The position numbers were made by a program, and so were the translations under genes. Positions 47,755 through 57,522 of a stretch of 64,000 nt of DNA are shown one piece after another. How positions within the stretch are numbered: position 1 is the stretch's first letter; the number at the start of each line of letters is the position of its first letter. The DNA comes from Planctomycetota bacterium (GTDB lineage Bacteria; Planctomycetota; SZUA-567; H5-PLA8), in NCBI GenBank assembly GCA_045863855.1, contig BTVV01000015.1, forward strand, positions 1 through 64,000, read 5' to 3'. Below the pieces are notes generated by a model that was not told where the DNA came from, made no database searches, and saw only the letters and a program-made list of their open reading frames with translations.

Positions 47755-48933
47755 TTACTTTCGCTTCGCTTTGGATTTTTTCTTCGGCTTGGCTTTCGGC
47801 TTGGGTTTGGATTTGGCGGTGGTCTGGCCGCGCCCGATGCTGGTGGCGATCAACTTCTTCATCAGAGCGTCGTAGGCGGCGCGGTTGACGGGGAGCTTGA
47901 CCGGTTTTCCGGTGCGGCTGGAGAGGATCATCGCGTTGGCCAGTTCGAGGCTGTTGCGGGCGTCTTCTCCGGTGACGGCCGGCCGCGAATTCGTATCCAG
48001 CGCGCGGTGGAAATCGTGGAAGACGCGCGTGTGCCCCTGCACACCGGGCTCGCCGAGCGCGACTTCTTCCCACGCGGCTTCGGGCTGGCTCCATTTTTTG
48101 TCGGTGGTGGCGGTGAAGTGGCGCAAATCCTCTTTCAGGCGGGCGAAGCGGAGCTTGTCGCCTTCGAGGATCAGCTTGCCTTTGTCTCCGGCGATTTCGA
48201 TGCGCTGGTCGCGCGGGATTTCGCAGGTGGAGGCGTACAGGTAGCCGATGGCGCCGTTGGCGTACCAGAGCAGCGCGTTGGCGCAGTCTTCGACTTCGAT
48301 GGGGTGCATCTTCGTCTCGGTCTTGGCGTAGATCTCGCTGGGCATGGCTCCGCAGATCCACTGGAACAGGTCGAGGTCGTGGGGCGCCTGGTTGAGCAGC
48401 ACGCCGCCACCCTCACCCTTCCAGGTGGCGCGCCATCCGGCGGAGGCGTAGTAGGCGTTGGTGCGGTAGTCGGCGGCGACGAGGAGGGTGCGGTTTACTC
48501 GGCCCAGCGCGCCGGACGCGACGAGTTCGCGGGCCTTGGCGAGCGCCGGACGAAAGCGCTGCTGATAGACCACGGCCAGCGTGGTCTTGGCTTTCTTGTG
48601 CGCCGCGATCATGCGGTCGGCGTCGCTGACGGTCACCGCGATCGGCTTTTCGCTGAGCACGTGGACGCCGGCCTTCGCGGCGTCGATGGCGATGGGCGGG
48701 TGAAACCAGTGCGGCGTGGCGATGGAGACGGCCTTGATTTGCGGGTCGGCCTTGAACATGGCCTTGTGGTCGGTGTAGGCGGCCACGCCGAGTTCTTTAC
48801 CGCACGCTTCGGCGGCCTGCGCGTTGACGTCGCAGACGGCGCGCAGTTCGAAGCCGGGGGTATCCTTCGCCGCCTGAAGATGCGAGCGGCCCACGCCGCT
48901 GATCCCGATCACCGCGATGCCGATTTTGCCCAC
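47755..48933 (-). CDS. Gfo/Idh/MocA family oxidoreductase
   Basis: IAVIGISGVG, SEKP, GGGVLLNQAPH.LD. Lys-rich tail. Confidence 0.9.
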   Translation of the reverse strand: MGKIGIAVIGISGVGRSHLQAAKDTPGFELRAVCDVNAQAAEACGKELGVAAYTDHKAMFKADPQIKAVSIATPHWFHPPIAIDAAKAGVHVLSEKPIAVTVSDADRMIAAHKKAKTTLAVVYQQRFRPALAKARELVASGALGRVNRTLLVAADYRTNAYYASAGWRATWKGEGGGVLLNQAPHDLDLFQWICGAMPSEIYAKTETKMHPIEVEDCANALLWYANGAIGYLYASTCEIPRDQRIEIAGDKGKLILEGDKLRFARLKEDLRHFTATTDKKWSQPEAAWEEVALGEPGVQGHTRVFHDFHRALDTNSRPAVTGEDARNSLELANAMILSSRTGKPVKLPVNRAAYDALMKKLIATSIGRGQTTAKSKPKPKAKPKKKSKAKRK

Positions 48934-49061
48934 GGATGCTGGCCTCCTGAAGGTGAAAGCCCGCGCTCTTCCGGACGCCCGGACGCGCGCAGGACGAAAA
49001 ATCGTTATGGATGGGAAAGCTTAAAGCGTTCCGTGGCGCTTTCCACGCCAAGGCGCGGGGG

Positions 49062-51989
49062 TTATTCCGCGACCACCCAGGTTTCGTCCGGGTTGTACTC
49101 GGTCATCGCGCGGCAGATCTCGTCGGTCTGAGCGCCGCAATCCTTCTGGTACACGGTGCCGGTGTTGTTGATGATGAACGTGTTGCGTCCGGTGTCGTTC
49201 CAGCGTGCGGGCCAGGCCACCAGCGCGTACCCAATCGTCATGTTCTCGCCGCCTGAATACAGCCGCTGTCCGCCCGGCGCCTGCGCGCCTTGGCCCTTGA
49301 GCACCTTGAAGTAATACCCGGCCTTCGGCGCGGCAGTGCCCGCGTCGGTCGAAGCTTGGGCAAAGGCGTGATCGACGAGGGTCAGGTCGCCTTGGCCGGC
49401 TTCGATCTCGTACAGGCTGTGCTTTCCGGTGATGGTTTGCGCGTACTCGAGCACGCCATCCTGGTCGTAATCGGTGCGGCGGTAGATGTCCTGTGCTTCG
49501 GCGTACATCTTGCATGCGGCGATGGCGGCGCTTTCGTTGGCGGCCAAGCGGCTGCGCAGGAGGTTCGGAATGGCGACGGCGGCGATCACCGCGACGCCGG
49601 CGGTGAGCAAGGCCGGCGAGATGCTGCCCGGATATTCGGGGCTGGGCGCGGGCAACTCGCTGCGCCAGACCCAGCCCTGCTCGTTCATCTGGAGCAGCGC
49701 GCCCGACGGCAACTGCCACGCGCGGAAGAAGCCTTCGTCGGGCCACAGCCCCAAGTCCACCGAACGCATGAGGCGCAGCGCCGTGCGCCCCGCGGCTTCG
49801 CGTTCCATTCCGCTGAACGGATTGAGCTGGTTCAACGGCTCCATTTCATGCCCGTTTTCTTCATTCGGCAGGTCGGCTTCTTTCCAATCCCCGTCGAGGT
49901 TGTAAGCGTCCCACTTCGCGGCCAGTTCGGCTGTTTTTTCGCCCAAGTCTTTGGCGTACAGGGCGCCCGTGTTGTTGATCTGGTAGCAACGCGTGCCGGA
50001 TTTCCCGTATTCCGCCGGATAGGCGAAGAGGGCGTACCCGATGGTCATGTTCTCGCCGACGAGGTAGGGCTTCGGACCGCCGGGGACCTGTTCTCCGGCT
50101 TGGCCTTTGAGCACCTTAAATCGATAGCCGTGGAATGCGCCGGTCTCGTTGGGCTTGCCGTCGGCTTCGGCCATTTTCTGTTCGATGAGCACGAGATCGG
50201 CCGCACCGGGCGTGATTTCCAACAGGCTGTTCGCGCCGCGCAGGGCTTGCGCGTATTCGAGGATGCCGTCGCCGTCGTAGTCGGTGCGCCGGTAGATGTC
50301 CTGCGCTTCGGCGTAGGCCTTGCAGGCCGTCGCGGCCGCTCTTTCGTTCGCGGCGGTATCCCCGGCCGGCGCTTCGGCGAGTCCCGGCCATTCGGAGAGC
50401 ACAGCGAGCGCGCCGCCGGCTCCGAGCAGACCCAGGCCGCTGAGGATCAGGCTGCCGGTTCCCTTGCCCCGGTCGGCGGCGTAAGCGAACTGCGCGGGAA
50501 GCTTCGCGGGATCGAAGGGCTGGCCCGTCAGGCGCGCGATCGTTTCCTGGAAGCCGGAGTGATCGACGATCGACTCCTTGCGTTCGAGCTGATCCAGCCC
50601 GCGCCGCAAGGCGTTCACCGTCGTGCCGTAATACAACCGGTCGCCCAGCACGATGAACGCTCCGGGGCCGGCCCCGACGAGGCCGTCGCTGATGTAGTGC
50701 ATGGTCTTGTCTTTGTAGGGCACCGGTTTGAGCGAGAATTGCGAGAGTTGGCCTTGCGTGATTTGCGCCAGCGCGCCGACGGCTTTCTTGAGCGCCGCAT
50801 CCACGCGCGCCGGGTCCTTCAGCTTCACCGCCAAGACCAGCCCCGGTACGAGGCTGATCGGGGCGGAAGTGTCCACTTCGGTCTGAGCGGTCACGATTTC
50901 GGTATCGAAATTCGCGAGCAGGTCGGCTTGCACGTCGATGCCCAACAGATTCTGAATCATCGCGAGACCGGCATCGAAGTGCTGTTCGAATTTCGGCTCG
51001 ACCGCGAGCGTAACCGAGCGGAGCAGCGGGATCAGCTTGGACGCGTCGAAGTGCGAGACGGCCACGTACGGTGCGTTTTTCTCCGCGATCTTCAGGCTCT
51101 CGGCGGCGACGGGCGTACCCGCGGGCCAGAGCGCGCAAAAGCCCGCGCCGGGCGCGCCCAGCTTCATGGCGCCGCGGATTTCGACCCGCTCGTTCTTGAA
51201 GCCCAGGCCCGTGCCCAAAGCTTGCCACGAGTCCATGCCCAGCGCTTTCAGCGCCTGCGCGACCATGCGCGCATCCCGATCCGCTCCCAGCGGTGTCTGC
51301 TGGAAGACGAAGTCCATAATCCGGGCGGGCGCCAGGTAGCTCCAGGCCTGCGGCGAATCCAGGCTTTGCTGCACGGAGACGAATGCCGGCGCCTGCGCGA
51401 GCGTGCCGGCCTGGCGCGCCGCCGGATCGGTGGCGCGCTGCTGCACGAGCGGCAGATCTTCCTGGGGCACGACGAGCATCACTTGGCCTGCGCTGAAGAC
51501 CAGCGCCGGGGCATCCGGCTCCAGGCCCAAGGGCATCGGGTTGCCGCCCAGCAGCGCTTCCTGCATCGGCGGCGGCACCAGGCGCTTAAAGGCTTCCAGA
51601 TCCTTGGGCTTCAGGGCGATCAACAGGCCCACCGGCATGCGCGGGTTGTCGCGCGTGTAGAGCCCCACCAGGAGCCCGCCGCTTAAAAGGCCCGCGTCGA
51701 TATCGGCGAGCTTGGGCAGGATCGGCTGCTTGGCGGCGAATTCCTCGTATATCGTGCGCATTTCGGCGCAGGCGGGCGCGCAGAAGGCCTGCATCTCGGG
51801 CTGAGCGAACATCTGGCCCAACTTGGTCTGCGCGAGCTGTCCGCGCGCCGTGGCCAGATCGGGGGCCAGGACCGCGAAGACGGTCGATTCAGGGAGCAGC
51901 GCTTCCGGTTTGAGGTCGTCCGCGCCGCGCAGGCCTGCGCAGGCGAAGGCCAGGACAACCAACGCGCCAAGTATCGATCGTGCGAACAT
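49062..51989 (-). CDS. Large exported protein: DUF3352-like region plus two DUF2950-like domains
   Basis: Signal peptide, LLPE.T. Twice ANE.AA..ACK.YAEAQDIYRRTDYD.DG.LEYAQ...GY.FKVLKGQ...GYAL.A.PA...G...INNTG. Confidence 0.75.
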   Translation of the reverse strand: MFARSILGALVVLAFACAGLRGADDLKPEALLPESTVFAVLAPDLATARGQLAQTKLGQMFAQPEMQAFCAPACAEMRTIYEEFAAKQPILPKLADIDAGLLSGGLLVGLYTRDNPRMPVGLLIALKPKDLEAFKRLVPPPMQEALLGGNPMPLGLEPDAPALVFSAGQVMLVVPQEDLPLVQQRATDPAARQAGTLAQAPAFVSVQQSLDSPQAWSYLAPARIMDFVFQQTPLGADRDARMVAQALKALGMDSWQALGTGLGFKNERVEIRGAMKLGAPGAGFCALWPAGTPVAAESLKIAEKNAPYVAVSHFDASKLIPLLRSVTLAVEPKFEQHFDAGLAMIQNLLGIDVQADLLANFDTEIVTAQTEVDTSAPISLVPGLVLAVKLKDPARVDAALKKAVGALAQITQGQLSQFSLKPVPYKDKTMHYISDGLVGAGPGAFIVLGDRLYYGTTVNALRRGLDQLERKESIVDHSGFQETIARLTGQPFDPAKLPAQFAYAADRGKGTGSLILSGLGLLGAGGALAVLSEWPGLAEAPAGDTAANERAAATACKAYAEAQDIYRRTDYDGDGILEYAQALRGANSLLEITPGAADLVLIEQKMAEADGKPNETGAFHGYRFKVLKGQAGEQVPGGPKPYLVGENMTIGYALFAYPAEYGKSGTRCYQINNTGALYAKDLGEKTAELAAKWDAYNLDGDWKEADLPNEENGHEMEPLNQLNPFSGMEREAAGRTALRLMRSVDLGLWPDEGFFRAWQLPSGALLQMNEQGWVWRSELPAPSPEYPGSISPALLTAGVAVIAAVAIPNLLRSRLAANESAAIAACKMYAEAQDIYRRTDYDQDGVLEYAQTITGKHSLYEIEAGQGDLTLVDHAFAQASTDAGTAAPKAGYYFKVLKGQGAQAPGGQRLYSGGENMTIGYALVAWPARWNDTGRNTFIINNTGTVYQKDCGAQTDEICRAMTEYNPDETWVVAE

Positions 51990-52087
51990 GGGTCAAGCTC
52001 CTGTTCAGGCGTGTGCAAAGCGGTTCATACGCAAGGGCATGAAATGGATATGTTTTACGCGTTTGCGCGGCGACCTTTCGATCTTTG

Positions 52088-52894
52088 CTATTCGGGGCCG
52101 TGCCTTCGCGAAGGCTTATAGCGGCAGAATCCGCGCGGGCTGGGCTGGGATAGAAATTCCACCCAATGCGCCACCGCCGGCGAGGTAAACTCCGCGCGCA
52201 GCCGTTCCAGCGCTCCGGGCAGGTCCAGGCCGCTGCGGTACAGGATACGGTACGCTTCCTTCAGTTGCGTACGGTCCTCCGGCGTCAGGACCGGGCTGCG
52301 GCGCAGGCCGACGCTGTTCAAGCTCGTCACGCTGTTGGTTCCGTCGCCGATCAGGTAGGGCGGAACGTCCATGCCGAATCGCGAGCCGCCCGAGAGGATC
52401 GCGAGCCGGCCCACGCGGACGAATTGGTGGATCACCACGTTTCCGCTGACGATCGCGCCGTCGCCGATCTGGACGTGTCCGGCCAGTTGCGCGCCATTGG
52501 CGAGCATCACGCGGTCGCCGAGCACGCAGTTGTGGGCCACGTGGCTCCCGGCCATCAGGAAGCAGTCGTCGCCGACTCGGGTCGCGGTGCCTTCGCCGGT
52601 CGAGCGGTGGATGGTGACGTTTTCGCGCACGACCGTCCGCGCGCCGATGGTCGCGCGCGTGGGCTCATCCTTATAGGAGCGGTCCTGCGGCGTGTGGCCC
52701 AGGACGGCGCCCATGTGAATGACGCAGGCCGGGCCCAACTCGGCTTGCCCGCAGACGTAGGTGTGCGCCATCAACCGGGTGCCCGCGCCGATCTTGGCGC
52801 CGGCTTCGACGACCGCGAACGGGCCGACCTCGACGTTGTCGCCGAGTTCGGCGCGCGGGTCGACCAGCGCGGACGGATGAATGCGTGTGCTCAT
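52088..52894 (-). CDS. lpxA: UDP-GlcNAc acyltransferase
   Basis: IHPSA.VD..A, PQD, RE.VTIHR, H.AHNC, LAGHV, IHQFVRVG, N.VGLRR. Confidence 0.93.
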   Translation of the reverse strand: MSTRIHPSALVDPRAELGDNVEVGPFAVVEAGAKIGAGTRLMAHTYVCGQAELGPACVIHMGAVLGHTPQDRSYKDEPTRATIGARTVVRENVTIHRSTGEGTATRVGDDCFLMAGSHVAHNCVLGDRVMLANGAQLAGHVQIGDGAIVSGNVVIHQFVRVGRLAILSGGSRFGMDVPPYLIGDGTNSVTSLNSVGLRRSPVLTPEDRTQLKEAYRILYRSGLDLPGALERLRAEFTSPAVAHWVEFLSQPSPRGFCRYKPSRRHGPE

Positions 52895-53027
52895 GTCCCG
52901 GCGAGTTTCGCACCTTGGCCCCGCCCGGCAAGTGCCGGGAATGGCGCAGGCCGGACGGGCCGTCGAGCTTCGAAGGCCGTCAAGGCGCGCTCGCCGAAGC
53001 GCGGGCGGCCAGTATCATGGACGGAGC

Positions 53028-54851
53028 ATGAAAATCGAACGTGAGATCGCCGTCCGCGCGAAGCCCGAGCAGATCTGGGCGCTGATCGCGAACACCGACA
53101 GCCTCAACCGCGAGATCGGGCTGCCGTCGGTGGCCTATGCGCTGCAACGGGAGTCGGAAGGGCGTACGCAAGTCATTGCCAAAGCCAGCGCGCTCGGCGC
53201 GTCGCTCGAGTGGATCGAACACCCCTTCGAGTGGGCCGCGCCGCGGGAGTATGTGGTGGAGCGCGAGTTCCGCAAAGGCCCGTTCGACCGTATCCGTGCA
53301 GGCGTGCGCATCGCGCGCGATCCGGCCGATACGGACCTTACGCGGGTGACGGTCTTCGCCGAAGTCGCCGCGCGCGGCGTCTTCGGGCACCTTGGCGCGT
53401 CGCTGGGGCTGACGCGCAACGTCGAACAGGTCCGCAACGCGGCCGACTCGTTCGCCAAGTATCTCAATCAGGAGCTCAATACGCCCTATCCGCGCCGCGC
53501 GGGGAAGATCAAGTGCGACACACCGGCGCTGGAGGCCGCGGCGCAGCGGCTGCTGAAACTCGGCGGCGATCCCGGATTGTGCTCGCTCTTGTACGAACAC
53601 TTGCGCACGGCGCCCGAGGAAGAAGTCGTCCGGATGCGCGCCTTCGAACTCGCCGACCGCTGGAAGTCGGAACGCCTGGCCGTGCTGGTTCTGTTTTTGC
53701 AGGCCACGCGCGCGGGGCTGGTGGACATGACCTGGAACGTGCTTTGCCCCTGCTGCCGCGTGTCCAAGCACGAGCACGGAAAGCTGCAGGACGTTCACCG
53801 CGGCTGCCATTGCGATTACTGCGGGATCAACTTCGACGCCGATCTCGACCGGCTCGTCGAGATCCGCTTCACCGTACACCCGTCGATCCGCGAGACCAAA
53901 GGCCAGGTTTTCTGCATGGGCGGCCCGCTCAATTCGCCGCACGTTTGGGCGCAGCAGCGGCTGAAACCCGGCGAACGCCGCACGCTCGAACTGGCGCTGC
54001 CGCCTGCGCGCTACACGCTGCGCATACTGCAGACCGACTTGGCGCAAGACTTCGATCTCGCTGCCGGCGACGCGGGCGAACGTGGAACCCTCTCCGCGCG
54101 CCTGGCCGACGGCCAGCTTAAGCTCGATCTGGACGAGGCGCGTGCCGGACGCTTAAGCGTGGAACTGGAGAACGCCAGCGCCGTCGAACGCGTAGTGCGG
54201 CTGGAAGAACAGGCCTGGACCGATCAGGCCGCCAGCGCCGCCCTCGTCACGACGCTGCAAGACTTCCGCGATCTCTTCAGCCGCGAGTTTCTCGCGCCGG
54301 GCGAGGAACTTGCCGTGCGCAGCCTCACCTTTATGTTCACCGACCTGAAAGGCAGCACCGCGCTCTACGAGCAGGTCGGCGACGCCAGCGCTTACGTGCT
54401 CGTGCGCGACCACTTCAAGGTGCTGCGCAAGCACATCAAGGACCGGCACGGCACGGTGGTCAAGACGATGGGCGATGCGGTGATGGCGGTCTTCCTTTCG
54501 CCGCTCGATGCGCTGGAGGCGGCGCTCGATATCCAGCGCGAGATTCAGGCGCAGCAGCGCGCGGGCGGCGGCGCGGCGAAGGTGGCCATCAAGCTGGGCC
54601 TGCATGCCGGAGCCTGCATCGCAGTGGGCACGGACGAGCATTTGGATTACTTCGGGACCACCGTCAATCTGGCGCAGCGCGTCCAGGCTCAAAGCGAGGG
54701 CGGGGACCTGATTCTGAGCCAAGCCATGCTGGAACGCGCGGGGGTGCGCGCGCGGCTGGAGCAGCTTGGCGCTTCGGTCGAGGCGTTCAGCGCGACGGTC
54801 AAAGGCTTCTCCGAACCGCTGGCGCTTTTCCGGATTCGCTTCGCGTGCTGA
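53028..54851 (+). CDS. Class III adenylate cyclase with SRPBCC-like and Cys-rich (DUF5939-like) domains
   Basis: CPCCR..CHCDYC, FTDLKGST, VKTMGDAVM, DYFGTTVNLAQR. Confidence 0.88.
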   Translation: MKIEREIAVRAKPEQIWALIANTDSLNREIGLPSVAYALQRESEGRTQVIAKASALGASLEWIEHPFEWAAPREYVVEREFRKGPFDRIRAGVRIARDPADTDLTRVTVFAEVAARGVFGHLGASLGLTRNVEQVRNAADSFAKYLNQELNTPYPRRAGKIKCDTPALEAAAQRLLKLGGDPGLCSLLYEHLRTAPEEEVVRMRAFELADRWKSERLAVLVLFLQATRAGLVDMTWNVLCPCCRVSKHEHGKLQDVHRGCHCDYCGINFDADLDRLVEIRFTVHPSIRETKGQVFCMGGPLNSPHVWAQQRLKPGERRTLELALPPARYTLRILQTDLAQDFDLAAGDAGERGTLSARLADGQLKLDLDEARAGRLSVELENASAVERVVRLEEQAWTDQAASAALVTTLQDFRDLFSREFLAPGEELAVRSLTFMFTDLKGSTALYEQVGDASAYVLVRDHFKVLRKHIKDRHGTVVKTMGDAVMAVFLSPLDALEAALDIQREIQAQQRAGGGAAKVAIKLGLHAGACIAVGTDEHLDYFGTTVNLAQRVQAQSEGGDLILSQAMLERAGVRARLEQLGASVEAFSATVKGFSEPLALFRIRFAC

Positions 54852-54934
54852 AGCCGCGTCTCCCGGATTTCTCCAACCTTGCGGCGCCATCGGGCTGCGC
54901 TTAAAACCGCTCGCCCACATGCGAGGAAGCGTTC

Positions 54935-55558
54935 ATGTCCAACTCTTGGCTCGATGAATTCAAACGCACCGGCGCAGTCTGGCTGCACGACGGAACGGCG
55001 CAGCGACCTCACGCGCTGCTCACCAGCGGCCTGCATTCGGACGGCTTCGTGAACTGCACGTACGTCACGCAGCGCCCCGCGCTCGTGTCGCGGCTCTTGC
55101 GCGATGCGCAAGGTTTGGCGCCGAAACTGCCGAAGACCAAGATCGATTGGGTGATCGGTTCGGCTTTTGGCGCGATCACCTTCGCGCACGCGGTGGCCGA
55201 ACGGCTCGAGGCGCGCGCGGGCTTCACCGAAAAAGACGGCGATGCGATGGCGCTCAAGCGCTTCGAACTCGCGCCCGGCGAGACGATCCTGGTGGTCGAA
55301 GACGTAATCTCCACCGGCGGCAGCACGCTGAAGACTCTGGAAGGGATCCGGCAGGCCGGCGGGGGCAAGGTCACGGTGCTGCCGCAGATTCTCTGCCTGG
55401 TGAACCGCAGCGGGCGCGCCGATCTCGAAGGGTATGCGATCACGCCGCTGCTGGAATTGAAAATCAACACGTGGGATGCCGCTGCCTGCCCGCTCTGCAA
55501 GCTGGGCTCGCAAGCCGTCCGGCCCAAGACGCATTGGAAAGAACTGGTCGGTTCGTAA
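54935..55558 (+). CDS. pyrE: Orotate phosphoribosyltransferase
   Basis: LTSGLHS, LVVEDVISTGGST (PRPP loop), CPLC tail. Confidence 0.85.
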   Translation: MSNSWLDEFKRTGAVWLHDGTAQRPHALLTSGLHSDGFVNCTYVTQRPALVSRLLRDAQGLAPKLPKTKIDWVIGSAFGAITFAHAVAERLEARAGFTEKDGDAMALKRFELAPGETILVVEDVISTGGSTLKTLEGIRQAGGGKVTVLPQILCLVNRSGRADLEGYAITPLLELKINTWDAAACPLCKLGSQAVRPKTHWKELVGS

Positions 55559-55619
55559 GCGAGCGGGGGAGTATACTGAATTTTTGCGGGTACGTATCTT
55601 CCGCGCAGAGGGTATCGCC

Positions 55620-56204
55620 ATGAGCGCCACGAACGAAACGCCGGTGCAGGTGCAGATCGAAGCGACGCCGAATCCGAACAGCCACCGCTTTGCCGTGAAC
55701 CGCAAGGTGCTCGAGGGCCCCGGTCGCGATTTTCCGCATCGCGGCGCCGCGCTCGGTTCGCCGCTGCCCGAGGAACTTTTCAAGATGCCCGGCGTGGCCG
55801 GCGTTTTCGTGGGCCCCGATTTCGTGACCGTCACGATGCAGGAAGGTTCGGCTTGGGGCAACGTGAAGGGCCTGATCCGCGAGCTGGTCGCTGATTTCGT
55901 GGAGCGCGGCGAAGCGCCGGTGGGCGCGCCGCCGCCCGAGATGAAGCCCGGCGCGCACAGCGCCGAGGCCGCCACCGAACTCGATAAGCGCATCGTCGAA
56001 GTGCTGGACCGCGAGATTCGGCCGGCCGTGGCCATGGACGGCGGCGACATCGTCTTCGCCGGATTCGACAACGGCGTGGTGATGCTGAAGCTTAAGGGCT
56101 CTTGCAACGGCTGCCCCAGCAGCATGATGACGCTGCGCATGGGTATCGAAAGCCGGCTGAAAGCGCAGTTCCCGGAAGTCGAATCGGTCCAGGCCGTGCC
56201 GTGA
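55620..56204 (+). CDS. NifU/Nfu Fe-S carrier
   Basis: EATPNPNS, DFVTVT, IRPAVAMDGGDI, GSCNGCPSS. Confidence 0.92.
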   Translation: MSATNETPVQVQIEATPNPNSHRFAVNRKVLEGPGRDFPHRGAALGSPLPEELFKMPGVAGVFVGPDFVTVTMQEGSAWGNVKGLIRELVADFVERGEAPVGAPPPEMKPGAHSAEAATELDKRIVEVLDREIRPAVAMDGGDIVFAGFDNGVVMLKLKGSCNGCPSSMMTLRMGIESRLKAQFPEVESVQAVP

Positions 56205-56235
56205 GTTGAAAAGCGGACCGCAAGGAGAATGGTTC

Positions 56236-56619
56236 GTGCCTTACTACGACGTCACCATCGAGACGCACTTTTGCGCCGCGCACGCGCTGCGCGATTACAA
56301 GGGCGCCACCGAACCCGTCCACGGGCACAACTTTAAGGTATGCGTAACCATCACCGGGCGCACGGTCGATAAGGCGGGCATGACGATCGATTTTCTCGAT
56401 CTCAAGCCGCTCATCGACGAAGAGGTCGGCCGCATGCACTACGGCAATTTGAATACCGACGTGCCGGAATTCGGCCCTCGGAAGCTAAGCCCCAGCGCGG
56501 AGAACATCGCCCGCGTGTTGTACCTGAGGCTCAAGAAGCGCCTGCCCAAGGCGGTGCGCATGGCCAGCGTGCAGGTGTACGAGTCTCCCGGCTGCTCTGC
56601 GACGTACCGCGAGCGTTGA
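56236..56619 (+). CDS. queD: 6-carboxytetrahydropterin synthase (QueD/PTPS family)
   Basis: F.AAH.L, HGHNF, IDF, SAENIA, V.ES. AAGGAG before GTG56236. Confidence 0.85.
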   Translation: MPYYDVTIETHFCAAHALRDYKGATEPVHGHNFKVCVTITGRTVDKAGMTIDFLDLKPLIDEEVGRMHYGNLNTDVPEFGPRKLSPSAENIARVLYLRLKKRLPKAVRMASVQVYESPGCSATYRER

Positions 56620-56744
56620 GCGATGACCGCGGAAAGCCCATTTGCGCTTGGTCTTTCGCGCCCGTTAGGGTATGCCTTCAGTCTTGGTTCGCACGCCAAC
56701 GTGCCCACGAGTCGAAGTCGATACCGGCAGGAGAGCCCATCCAC

Positions 56745-57482
56745 GTGGCTGAGTCCGTGACTGTCATCGCTCTGCGCGGCGCGCTGCATGCTGCGCCGGA
56801 GAACACCGTTCCCGCAATCAAGGAAGCCGTGAAGGCTGGGGTCGATATCGTGGCGCTGGACGTGCAGCCCACGTCCGACCACGTGCCGATTCTGATCGGC
56901 GACACGCGGGTCGACCGGGTCACCAACGGCCAAGGCAAGGTGACGCAACTTGCGCTGAAGGAGATCCAGTCGCTCGACGCGGGGAGCTGGTTCGACGCCA
57001 AGTTCAAAGGCACGTCCGTCGCGACGCTGGAAGACGGGCTGGCGGCGCTGGGCAAGAAGACGCGCGGTATGTTCATCCTGCCGCAGGTGGACGCGGGCTC
57101 CGCGTTCGGCGGGAACCTGCTTGCGCTGCTGAAGGGCCGCGCGGGCACCGGCGACCTGCTGGTCTGCCCCGATTCCGGAACGTTGAAGTCGTTGCGCGAA
57201 AAGGCACCCGATTTCGAGTATGTGCTCGCGCTGGACGAAAAAGTGGACGGGTGGCTGCACATCGAAAAGGCGCGCAGCTTGAAGCTCAACTTCATCCGCC
57301 CGCACACGCGGCAGCTTAACGCCAAGCTCGTCGGCAACGCGCACGGCAAGAAGCTTAAGGTGTACGCCCACTTCGCCGACGAGGCGGACGAGATGGCCGA
57401 ACTGATCGAGATGAAGGTGGACGGCATCGTGACCGGCCGGCCCGAGCGGCTCCAGGATCTGCTCGCCGGCGCGAAAAAATAG
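56745..57482 (+). CDS. GDPD-fold protein lacking catalytic residues
   Basis: APENT, DRVTNG.G, LDAGSWF, VDGIVT present. HRG reads LRG, ExD reads AxD, HD reads GD. Confidence 0.8.
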   Translation: MAESVTVIALRGALHAAPENTVPAIKEAVKAGVDIVALDVQPTSDHVPILIGDTRVDRVTNGQGKVTQLALKEIQSLDAGSWFDAKFKGTSVATLEDGLAALGKKTRGMFILPQVDAGSAFGGNLLALLKGRAGTGDLLVCPDSGTLKSLREKAPDFEYVLALDEKVDGWLHIEKARSLKLNFIRPHTRQLNAKLVGNAHGKKLKVYAHFADEADEMAELIEMKVDGIVTGRPERLQDLLAGAKK

Positions 57483-57522
57483 GCCGCGCTTGACCAGGAG
57501 GCGGCCGCAAGGCCGCGCCCCG

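Noticed and set aside
49062..50355. Diversity-generating retroelement TR/VR pair
   Set aside because: Both copies are in-frame domains of one protein, differences are not adenine-specific, and there is no reverse transcriptase.
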